Position numbers and translations under genes: made by a program
Shown: piece after piece, positions 46,982-54,702 of the stretch
Numbering within the stretch: position 1 is the stretch's first letter
Layout of the letters: each line of letters starts with the position of its first letter
Assembly (NCBI GenBank): GCA_051859245.1
Contig: JBHYGA010000001.1
Location: forward strand, 768,001-832,000
Source: Gemmatimonadaceae bacterium
GTDB lineage: Bacteria; Gemmatimonadota; Gemmatimonadetes; Gemmatimonadales; Gemmatimonadaceae
Length of the DNA stretch: 64,000 bases
Direction of reading: 5' to 3'
Notes under the pieces: generated by a model
Database searches by the model: none
What the model saw: the letters and a program-made list of their open reading frames with translations, nothing else
What the model was told of the DNA's origin: nothing

Positions 46982-47853
46982 TGCGGCCGCCAAGAGGTTC
47001 CGCGCTGCTCGAACTGGTGCTGGCGCTGCCACTGTCGGCGCTGCTGGCCACCGCTGCGGTGCACATCATGCTCACACAGCTGCGCGTCACGCGACAGGTA
47101 CAGGCTCGCGTGGCCGGTACCCGCGAGCTCGAACATGCGGTCATGGCGCTCGCCGCTGACATTCGCGCGTCGGCCGCCACTGATCTGGAGGCGTGGACAG
47201 ATACAAGTCTCACGCTGCATACGCAAATGTTTGTGGGTGTCGTGTGCGGCGCGCCGGCCCCGCACGTCGTTGATGTCATTGGCGGATCACCATCCAGTCC
47301 ACTTCGTGCGTCGCTCTCGGCGGTGCCGCGCTCCGGTGATCGGTTGCTGCTTGGTGTGCCTGACAGCGCGCTGCTCGGTGTGTCGGCGCTGGTGCTGGAT
47401 ACGATGAGCGTGGCGGCGAGCATCGCGACCGCGGGGTCAGAACCGTCTGCGTGCGCAACATCGGCCATGAGTGCACGCGCCGGCGGTACGCCATGGCGCA
47501 TCACGCTCACGGCGCCTTCTGCGATCTGGCCGAGGCGCGGCGATGTGGTGGCGATCACGCGTCGAACCGAGTGGCGTGCGTATCGCGCCGGCGATCAGCT
47601 CACCTATCTCGGGCGCCGCGATTGGAATGGCAGCGCGTGGAGCACAATTCAGCCGGTGGTTGGTCCGCTGCGTAGCAACGCGGAGGGCGGCTTCAGGCTT
47701 CGTATTACGCGATCGGGTGGTTCGCAGCTCACGAGCATGCACCCTGACGCAAAGCAGGTGCACGTGCGCCTTGCGAGCGCGCATCGCATCAGCAGCACGG
47801 CGGTCGTGCTCGACTCGCTCGACGCAACGCTTTCGCTGCGTGGGGGGCGGTAA
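46981..47853 (+). CDS. Minor pilin-like protein (PilW-like)
   Basis: MRPPRG|SALLELVLAL, LAADIR motif; translationally coupled to the upstream gene. Confidence 0.65.
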   Translation: MRPPRGSALLELVLALPLSALLATAAVHIMLTQLRVTRQVQARVAGTRELEHAVMALAADIRASAATDLEAWTDTSLTLHTQMFVGVVCGAPAPHVVDVIGGSPSSPLRASLSAVPRSGDRLLLGVPDSALLGVSALVLDTMSVAASIATAGSEPSACATSAMSARAGGTPWRITLTAPSAIWPRRGDVVAITRRTEWRAYRAGDQLTYLGRRDWNGSAWSTIQPVVGPLRSNAEGGFRLRITRSGGSQLTSMHPDAKQVHVRLASAHRISSTAVVLDSLDATLSLRGGR

Positions 47854-47854
47854 C

Positions 47855-48973
47855 ATGACGCGTGATCGCGCTGGCTTTTCGCTGGTCGTTGTTCTGGTGC
47901 TCATGAGTACGCTGCTGCTTGTTGCGGTGGCGTTCACCGAGTCTGTATTGCAGGGCGCACGCGCGGCTCGTCTTGGGTGGCAAGGTGAACGAGCCGCGCA
48001 CGCGGCGGAAACGGTGTTGTTGCGCGCCGTGTCAGCATGGAACGCTCCGACTGCTGCGGCACTGCGCGTGGGTGAATCCGATACGGTGCTGTCGGGCGCG
48101 GCCGAGTTGGTAGAACGAACACGGTTGCAGGCGAGAGTTTTTTCGCTCGACGCGTGGTCACGCGTGCACGACGGTGCGCTGCGACCTTCGGAACGCCGAC
48201 ACATGCGCGTGGTGCGCCTTGATTGGCCCATCGTTCCGGCGCTCGGCGCACTCACCGTGCTTGGGCGCGTGGAACTGCAAAGCGGCAGCGCCGTATTCGG
48301 TGCGGATGCCGTACCCGCCAGCTGGAGTGATGAATGCGAAACCGAGTCACGTGACTCTCCCGTTGCCGCTGTCTTCGCACGCCAGGCGGTGGTGGATTCG
48401 GCGGCCACTGTTTCAGGGAGCGGCGCGCCGGTGCACCCGGTGTCGGCGGCGACTGCGATCGCGCATGCCGGAAGTTTTGACGCTGCGCATTCCGCACTGA
48501 CTGCAGTTGCGACGTGGTCCATCGCCGACAGCGTGATCAACACCGACGCGCTGGCGGCTGATGCGAGCGGATGTTCGCGCTGGTTCGGAGACGCCGAGCG
48601 AGGCGCGGGCGCGATCGACGCGTGCACGCGACGATGGCCAATTGTATTCGCGACGCACACCGGCACCGTCAGGCTCACCGGGACGCGGGCGGTGCAGGGC
48701 GCGCTCGTCACAAACGGGTCGCTGCGCATTGATCCCGGTGTGTCCTTCGCTGGTGTGCTGCTCGTGCGGGGCGCGCTCCAGGTGCAGGTGCCGGTGGGTC
48801 TCGAGGCGGTAACGATTGCCGGCGCGGTTGTGGTGCGCGATGTGCTCGAGCAGGGCAGTCGATTGCAGGGTGCGGTGCGGATTCAGAGCGCGCAGTGTCC
48901 TGCGCGGCTCGCGCTTGCTTTGGCGGGTCGACCAGAGCCTGTGCGTCAGCATGGTTGGAGCGAACGGCCCTGA
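47855..48973 (+). CDS. Minor pilin (PilX-like) with beta-helix-like C-terminus
   Basis: RAG|FSLVVVLVLM lacking E5 (a PilX/GspK trait), RAAHAAE, repeated GALVTNGSL / GVLLVRGAL / GAVVVR strands. Confidence 0.7.
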   Translation: MTRDRAGFSLVVVLVLMSTLLLVAVAFTESVLQGARAARLGWQGERAAHAAETVLLRAVSAWNAPTAAALRVGESDTVLSGAAELVERTRLQARVFSLDAWSRVHDGALRPSERRHMRVVRLDWPIVPALGALTVLGRVELQSGSAVFGADAVPASWSDECETESRDSPVAAVFARQAVVDSAATVSGSGAPVHPVSAATAIAHAGSFDAAHSALTAVATWSIADSVINTDALAADASGCSRWFGDAERGAGAIDACTRRWPIVFATHTGTVRLTGTRAVQGALVTNGSLRIDPGVSFAGVLLVRGALQVQVPVGLEAVTIAGAVVVRDVLEQGSRLQGAVRIQSAQCPARLALALAGRPEPVRQHGWSERP

Positions 48974-49279
48974 ACGCCACGCGGTGCACGGGCCCGGCAA
49001 CGCAAAACTGCGCCTTTGGCCTCGCCCTGCCGAGACTCGTTTGATGTGACGCCGTTGGGTCGCACGACCTGCCCAACCGCACGCGGGGAGCCAAGGGTGT
49101 CACAGAAACCGCACGAACAGGGGGGGGACCCCCTCTCAGGGACGTTACCTCACTCGCTGCCGGTCGTATGGAGGGTGAATCGCCCGACCTCTCAGGTCAA
49201 AGTGTCCAGTTCCGATTGCGTGACGTTCCGTCAACAATCGCCCCGGTCTTACGACCACCACCGCGCAACCCCCTGCCGT

Positions 49280-50323
49280 ATGCAGCTCTTCGGCCGAAAG
49301 AAGACGACCATTGGACTCGATATCGGGTCAGGCCTCGTAAAGGCCGCGGTCATCGATCATGCCGGTGCGACACCGGAACTCACGAAAGTGGTCATCACGC
49401 CACTCAACGAGAACGCCATCGTTGAAGGCGAAGTGATGGATCACGCCATGGTGGCGGACGCAATCCGCCAGACCATGGAAGCCATTGGCGTGAAGAAACA
49501 GGACATTGTGGCGGCAGTTGGTGGTCGCGATGTAATCGTGAAGAAAATCCAGGTCGAGCGCGTCAAAGATGCGCAGGCTCAGGAGCTGATTCGCTGGGAA
49601 GCGGAGCAGCACGTGCCCTTCGATATGGATTCCGTCGAACTGGACCACCAGATCCTCGATCCGGATGGTGACAGTCTCGAAATGAACGTGCTGCTCGTGG
49701 CGGCCAAGCGTGAACTGGTCGAGAACAAGCGCACGTTGCTTACCGACGCTGGCGTGTCGCCCACAATCATGGATGTCGACGCCTTTGCGTTGCACAACGC
49801 GTTTGCGATGAACTATCCCGACGCGATGCAGGGCGTGGTGGCGTTGCTCAACATTGGCAACGAAGTCACGTCGCTCAACATTCTCGACGAAGGCGTCCCC
49901 ATTCTCACGCGCGATCTCACGGTGGGCACGCGTCGCCTGCGTGAAGATCTGCAGCGCGATCATGGCTTGTCTGCCGAAGACGCTGAGCAGTTGGTGCGCG
50001 GGTTTGACCGCACGCCGTCGCTCAACAGCGTGATTGCCACGCGTGGCGAAGAACTCGCGATTGGCCTTGAGCGCGCGATGTCATTCCTCGCGTCGTCGTC
50101 GCGTCACTACGGCTCTGTGCGCGCGGTGTTCGCGTGCGGCGGTGGCGCGCGCACACCGGGGCTGCTGCCGTGGCTTGGTGAGCGTCTGCGCATGCCGGTG
50201 CAGCCGGCCAATCCGTTGGCGCGACTCACGGTGCGTGAGGGTGCGCTGGAGTTCATGGCGACCGATGAAGTCGCGCCGTTGCTCATGTTGCCGGTGGGGC
50301 TCGCCCTCCGGACCGTCGCCTGA
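49280..50323 (+). CDS. pilM: Type IV pilus assembly protein PilM
   Basis: IGLDIGSG, WEAEQHVPFD, VLLVAAK, DVDAFALHN, CGGGA, VGLALR. Confidence 0.95.
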   Translation: MQLFGRKKTTIGLDIGSGLVKAAVIDHAGATPELTKVVITPLNENAIVEGEVMDHAMVADAIRQTMEAIGVKKQDIVAAVGGRDVIVKKIQVERVKDAQAQELIRWEAEQHVPFDMDSVELDHQILDPDGDSLEMNVLLVAAKRELVENKRTLLTDAGVSPTIMDVDAFALHNAFAMNYPDAMQGVVALLNIGNEVTSLNILDEGVPILTRDLTVGTRRLREDLQRDHGLSAEDAEQLVRGFDRTPSLNSVIATRGEELAIGLERAMSFLASSSRHYGSVRAVFACGGGARTPGLLPWLGERLRMPVQPANPLARLTVREGALEFMATDEVAPLLMLPVGLALRTVA

Positions 50324-50340
50324 GGCGAGGACATCACACT

Positions 50341-51147
50341 ATGCAAATCCAGGTCAATCTCCTCCCCGGCGCGAAAAAGAAGCACAAGGGCTCCAAGGGC
50401 TCTTCGCGCAACATCGGCGCTGCGTTGTCCGGTCTCTCGGATCAGATCAAGGATCCGTGGATGATCGGTTCGGCGGGCGCGGTGATTCTCTCCGTTGTCG
50501 CCGTCGGCGTGCTCTTTACCACGCAGCAGGCGAGCGCCGGCGAACTCGGTGTGCGCCTCGAAAAGGCGGTGCGTGATTCCACGCGCTACGCGACGGTGCT
50601 CGAAGCGCGTCGCAAGGTGTCCGTGGAGCGCGACTCCGTGCGTCGTCAGGTGCAGATCATTCGCACCATCGACGATAACCGCTACATCTGGGCGCACCTG
50701 CTGGAAGAAATCAGCACCGCGCTGCCGTCGTACACCTGGCTGACCAGCGTTGAGCAGACCAGCAAGCCGGTGCTCCCGCCAGGTGCCGAACCCGCGGCGC
50801 CGGTGGATCCGAAAGACAAGCCCAAGGCGCTTTCGAACGACGAGCCCGGCACGCCGGCGGCGAAAGCCGCTGCCGCCAAGGCGCGTGCTGCCGCCGCTGC
50901 CGACACGGTGATCGTGCACCAGCCGGTCGCGTTCAAGGTGGTTGGACAGACGGTGGATATGCAGGCACTCACCTCGTTCATGAAAGATCTCGAAGCCTCG
51001 GCCTTCGTGAAGAACGTCATGCTCATCAAGTCCGAAATCGTAGTGGTCGACGGCAAGGATGTGACCGAGTTCCAGCTTGACGCCGAGTATGAAGTGCCGC
51101 CGCAAGCCGTGCTGCGCACTGAGCCGCTTGTTGTTCCCGTTCGCTGA
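50341..51147 (+). CDS. pilN: PilN
   Basis: IQVNLLP N-terminal motif, TM, coiled coil, ALPSYTWLT. Confidence 0.92.
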   Translation: MQIQVNLLPGAKKKHKGSKGSSRNIGAALSGLSDQIKDPWMIGSAGAVILSVVAVGVLFTTQQASAGELGVRLEKAVRDSTRYATVLEARRKVSVERDSVRRQVQIIRTIDDNRYIWAHLLEEISTALPSYTWLTSVEQTSKPVLPPGAEPAAPVDPKDKPKALSNDEPGTPAAKAAAAKARAAAAADTVIVHQPVAFKVVGQTVDMQALTSFMKDLEASAFVKNVMLIKSEIVVVDGKDVTEFQLDAEYEVPPQAVLRTEPLVVPVR

Positions 51148-51162
51148 TCGAGGTCACATCCC

Positions 51163-51810
51163 ATGATTCAGTTTCCGCAATCGCAGCGCGACCAGATCAA
51201 GATCGTCATCGGTTTCATCGCCGTGGCACTCTCGGTCGTGTACTACATGTATCCGTATTCTTCCGCTCAAGAACAGCTGGCGCTCGATAGCAGCCGCGTC
51301 GAGTCGCTTGAGCAGGCCAACCGCGTCGCGCAGAAAGAGTTTGCGGCGGGCAGTGTGGAAGAGCTGAAAACGCAGGCCGCCGAACAGCGCGCTGCGCTGG
51401 TGGCCATGCGTCGCCTGGTGCCAACCAACAACGAAGTGCCGGCGCTGCTCGAAGAAGTCTCAACGGCGGCCCGTCGCGCCGGTCTTGATGTCGGCACGTT
51501 CACGCCCGAGCCGGTGATTCGCGGCGAGAAGTTCGACACCCATCGCTACAAGGTGTCGATCATCGGTGGCTACCACGACGTTGGTGGCTTCCTCGCGAAC
51601 GTTGGCTCGCTGCCGCGGATCGTGGCGCCGGTGGAGTTCGCACTGGTTGCGTCGAACGGTCGTGCCGCTGGTGGACGTCGCCAGACCTCAGTCGCGCGGA
51701 ACTCGGAGCGCACCGGACTCGAGGCCACGGTCACCCTGCAAACGTACGTCGAGCGCACCAGCCCGGCTGCGTCGCCCACGCGCGTCGCCACCGCCTCGGA
51801 GATCAAATAA
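51163..51810 (+). CDS. pilO: PilO
   Basis: TM, VPTNNEVPALL, GGYHDVGGFLANVGSLPRIV. Confidence 0.92.
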   Translation: MIQFPQSQRDQIKIVIGFIAVALSVVYYMYPYSSAQEQLALDSSRVESLEQANRVAQKEFAAGSVEELKTQAAEQRAALVAMRRLVPTNNEVPALLEEVSTAARRAGLDVGTFTPEPVIRGEKFDTHRYKVSIIGGYHDVGGFLANVGSLPRIVAPVEFALVASNGRAAGGRRQTSVARNSERTGLEATVTLQTYVERTSPAASPTRVATASEIK

Positions 51811-52319
51811 TGACTCGTCAGCAGTTCTTCTCATTCGTGCAGCGTAGCGCTCTGGTGCTCGTCATCAGCGCGATCGCCACACCAGTGCTCGGCGCGCAAG
51901 TGACACGTACACTGCCAGTCTCGCGCACAGCGGCCGCAGTTGATAGCGCGAAGCCCACCACGCGCGGCAACGAAGCAGCCCCAACGCTCAGTATTGCTCG
52001 CGAAGTGTTCTCGTATTCCGGCAGTGGTCGTCGCGACCCCTACGCCTCACTCATGGCCAGCGGCGAACTGCGCCCGCTTGTGAGTGATCTGCGGTTGACT
52101 GCCGTGGCTTTTGATCCAAACGGCAAGAACTCCGTTGCAATTCTGCGCAACGTGACTTCAGCCGAGCAGTATCGCGTGCGTGTTGGACAGACGCTTGGAC
52201 GCCTTCGTGTGTCCGGTATCCGCCAGAAGGCCGTGATTTTTTCAATCGATGAGTTCGGATTCAGCCGGCAGGAAACGCTGCCACTGACCAGCGATTCCAC
52301 CACAGCGAGGACGCGATGA
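51810..52319 (+). CDS. pilP: PilP-like protein
   Basis: YSGSGRRDPY (RDPF-like), YRVRVGQTLG, position between pilO and pilQ; no obvious lipobox Cys. Confidence 0.75.
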   Translation: MTRQQFFSFVQRSALVLVISAIATPVLGAQVTRTLPVSRTAAAVDSAKPTTRGNEAAPTLSIAREVFSYSGSGRRDPYASLMASGELRPLVSDLRLTAVAFDPNGKNSVAILRNVTSAEQYRVRVGQTLGRLRVSGIRQKAVIFSIDEFGFSRQETLPLTSDSTTARTR

Positions 52320-54679
52320 TCGTTCAGTCGACGGCCGCGGTGCTTACCGTGGTCTTGGCCCATGCAGTGTCGGCAAATGCCGCGCTTCCGCCCAAGCCAC
52401 ACACCGCTATTCACGCCGCGTCTGCGGCCATCTGGACTCCCAAGACGCTCGCTGGTCCGCGCGTTACGGGTGTGTCACTCGTGCCTGGTGCAAACGGCGC
52501 CGAGTTGGTGATTGCCGTGGATGCCGCGGCGAAAGTCACCGACTTCACGCTGTCCAATCCAAATCGCATCGTGCTCGATGTGATCGGTGCCAAACTTGCG
52601 GTCAAGCCACGTGCCTATGATCGCACGGCGCGTGGTGCGATCAAGGATGTGCGCGTCGCGCAGTTCGCGACGGATACGGTTCGTGTGGTGCTCGAACTCA
52701 CGGGCAAGCCCGCGTACGTCGTGCGTCATGAAGGTGGAGAAATTCGCGTCAGCATTAATGGCGCATCGCAGTTCGCACGTTGGGACATGACACCGGGTGC
52801 GCTCGCACCAACGACGATGCTCGCCGCCGCTGCTGAAGAGCCGGCCGAGATTGTACAGCCGGTGGCGCCAACGATGTTGACCGCACCAACCGCTACGCTC
52901 GCGTCGCAGACCTCAGGCTTGTCGAGCGTCCCGCTCGCGGCGTTGTCGCAGCCCGCGATCTCGCAGCCCGCGCCGTTGCAGCCCGCGATCTCCCAGCCCG
53001 CGCAGTCGCAGCCCGAGCCGTCGCGCGTTGCGACGCCGGTTGTTCGCGACGAACGCGAAGGCAAGCTCGACGCGTCGAACAGCTCGTTCTCCACCTCCGA
53101 TGCGCCGGCCGCCATCAAGATCCCGTTGGCCATCCCGCCCGCGCCGGATGCGATGTACTCCACCAAAGCGCAGCCGTCACAGCAGCCGCGCATCACGATC
53201 AGCCTCGACGGCACGAACATTCGCGACGTGATCGCAACGTTCGCCAGCTTCTCGGGTCGCACGATCGTCGTCGGCAAGAATGTGGAAGGCACGGTCACCG
53301 CCGACATCACGGACAAGCCGTGGGACGTAGCGCTGCAGGCGCTGCTGCAGTCGCAGGGACTCGCCGCGACGGAAGATCCCAGCGGCATCATCACCGTCGA
53401 CAGCTATCAGGCGCTGGCACAGAATCAGGCGCTTGAGCCGCTCGTCACGCAGATCGTGAACGTCAACTACGCGAAAGCGGCGAGCCTCGTGAACACGGTG
53501 CGTGCACTGCTCGCTCGTGACTGCTCGAACCTCACCACCACGCAGACCGCGGCCGGCATGGGTGCCGGTGGTCAGCAAGGCATGATGGGTGGCGCGCAGG
53601 GCGGCCGCGGCGGCCAGGGCGGCATGCAGGGCGGCGAAGGCTGCGTACTGCGCGGTTCCGTTTCGGCCGACAGCGCCACGAACAAGCTGATCATCAGCGA
53701 AGTGCCCACGCGTTTGCCGGAACTGATCAAGCGTCTGCAGGAACTCGACGTGCGCACGCCGCAGGTTGCGATCAAGGCCAAGATCATCTTCATCAATCGC
53801 ACGGGCATCCAGGATATCGGACTCGCGTACGATCTCGGCACTGGCAACAAACAGTTCTTCCAGCAGCTCGTACCGCGCACCGATCCGAACACGCTCGTGC
53901 CGGTGGACACCGATGGTGATGGTGTGCCCGATGCGCGTGGTGGTGGTACGCCGTTCCAGGGCCCGGCGCGCATTGCGCTCGGTGGCAACGCGATCTCCGG
54001 CATTGCCAACGCGAACAACGCGATCAAGCCGAACGCGCTCAACCTGATCTACTCAACGGCGATCGGAAAGTATCAGCTGACGGCGTTCCTGAACGCACTG
54101 CAGACGTCGTCGCTCGCCGATGTGCAGAGCGAGCCGAGCGTCACGATCCTGAATAATCGCACGGCGGAAATCTTTGTTGGACAGGAAATCCCGATCCGTG
54201 TGATCGACGCAAGCGCCGGCGGCGGTGGCGGCGGTGGCGGTGGTGGTGGCGGTGGGGCCGGCGGCGCCGGTCAGGATCCGAGCGCGCAGACCTTCTTCCC
54301 GCGTGCCTCAGTGCAGATCAAGGAAGCGGGTATCCGCTTGAGCGTGACGCCGCAGGTGACGAACAACCGCATGGTCATGCTCAGCATCAAGGCCGAAAAC
54401 TCCAACGCGGAAGTTGGACCGTCTGATGTCGGCATCATCTTCAATCAGCAGCGCGCCGAGAGCCAGGTGCTCGTGGCCGACGGAGAAGCCGCAGTGATCG
54501 GTGGTCTGACCGTGACGGAAGTGTCGCGCTTCCGCTCAGGCATTCCGTTCCTCATGGACCTGCCGTTCATGGGTCGCCTCTTCTCGCAGAACACCACGAA
54601 CGAAACGAAGCGTGACCTGCTGATCCTGGTCACACCGCACATCCTCGAGGACGGCACGACGCCGCCTCCGGGCCGCTGA
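52316..54679 (+). CDS. pilQ: Type IV pilus secretin PilQ (AMIN, N0/N1 and secretin domains)
   Basis: AMIN (LSNPNRIVLD, VRVVLEL), PWDVAL, VNYAKA, QVAIKAKI, VTPQV, GIPFLMDLPFMGRLF, LLILVTPHI. Confidence 0.95.
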   Translation: MIVQSTAAVLTVVLAHAVSANAALPPKPHTAIHAASAAIWTPKTLAGPRVTGVSLVPGANGAELVIAVDAAAKVTDFTLSNPNRIVLDVIGAKLAVKPRAYDRTARGAIKDVRVAQFATDTVRVVLELTGKPAYVVRHEGGEIRVSINGASQFARWDMTPGALAPTTMLAAAAEEPAEIVQPVAPTMLTAPTATLASQTSGLSSVPLAALSQPAISQPAPLQPAISQPAQSQPEPSRVATPVVRDEREGKLDASNSSFSTSDAPAAIKIPLAIPPAPDAMYSTKAQPSQQPRITISLDGTNIRDVIATFASFSGRTIVVGKNVEGTVTADITDKPWDVALQALLQSQGLAATEDPSGIITVDSYQALAQNQALEPLVTQIVNVNYAKAASLVNTVRALLARDCSNLTTTQTAAGMGAGGQQGMMGGAQGGRGGQGGMQGGEGCVLRGSVSADSATNKLIISEVPTRLPELIKRLQELDVRTPQVAIKAKIIFINRTGIQDIGLAYDLGTGNKQFFQQLVPRTDPNTLVPVDTDGDGVPDARGGGTPFQGPARIALGGNAISGIANANNAIKPNALNLIYSTAIGKYQLTAFLNALQTSSLADVQSEPSVTILNNRTAEIFVGQEIPIRVIDASAGGGGGGGGGGGGGAGGAGQDPSAQTFFPRASVQIKEAGIRLSVTPQVTNNRMVMLSIKAENSNAEVGPSDVGIIFNQQRAESQVLVADGEAAVIGGLTVTEVSRFRSGIPFLMDLPFMGRLFSQNTTNETKRDLLILVTPHILEDGTTPPPGR
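52946..53020 (+). repeat. 15-bp x5 in-frame repeat (SQPAI-type) in the PilQ linker
   Basis: tcgcagcccgcgatc / tcgcagcccgcgccg / ttgcagcccgcgatc / tcccagcccgcgcag / tcgcagcccgagccg. Confidence 0.85.
54218..54256 (+). repeat. GGN trinucleotide run encoding 13 Gly in the PilQ secretin domain
   Basis: ggc ggc ggt ggc ggc ggt ggc ggt ggt ggt ggc ggt ggg. Confidence 0.9.
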
Positions 54680-54702
54680 AGCCACGAGGAGCCACACACA
54701 CC

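Noticed and set aside
48985..49040. c-di-GMP-I riboswitch suggested by GCAACGCAAAAC before the pil assembly genes
   Set aside because: No GNRA-capped P2 stem or tetraloop receptor could be built by eye; an Rfam scan would settle it.
49085..49205. Tandem glycine riboswitch suggested by two CTCTCAGG motifs
   Set aside because: The required GGAGA...CCGAAG core and P3 stems are not present in proper arrangement, and the downstream gene (pilM) does not fit. Kept only as an unexplained repeat.
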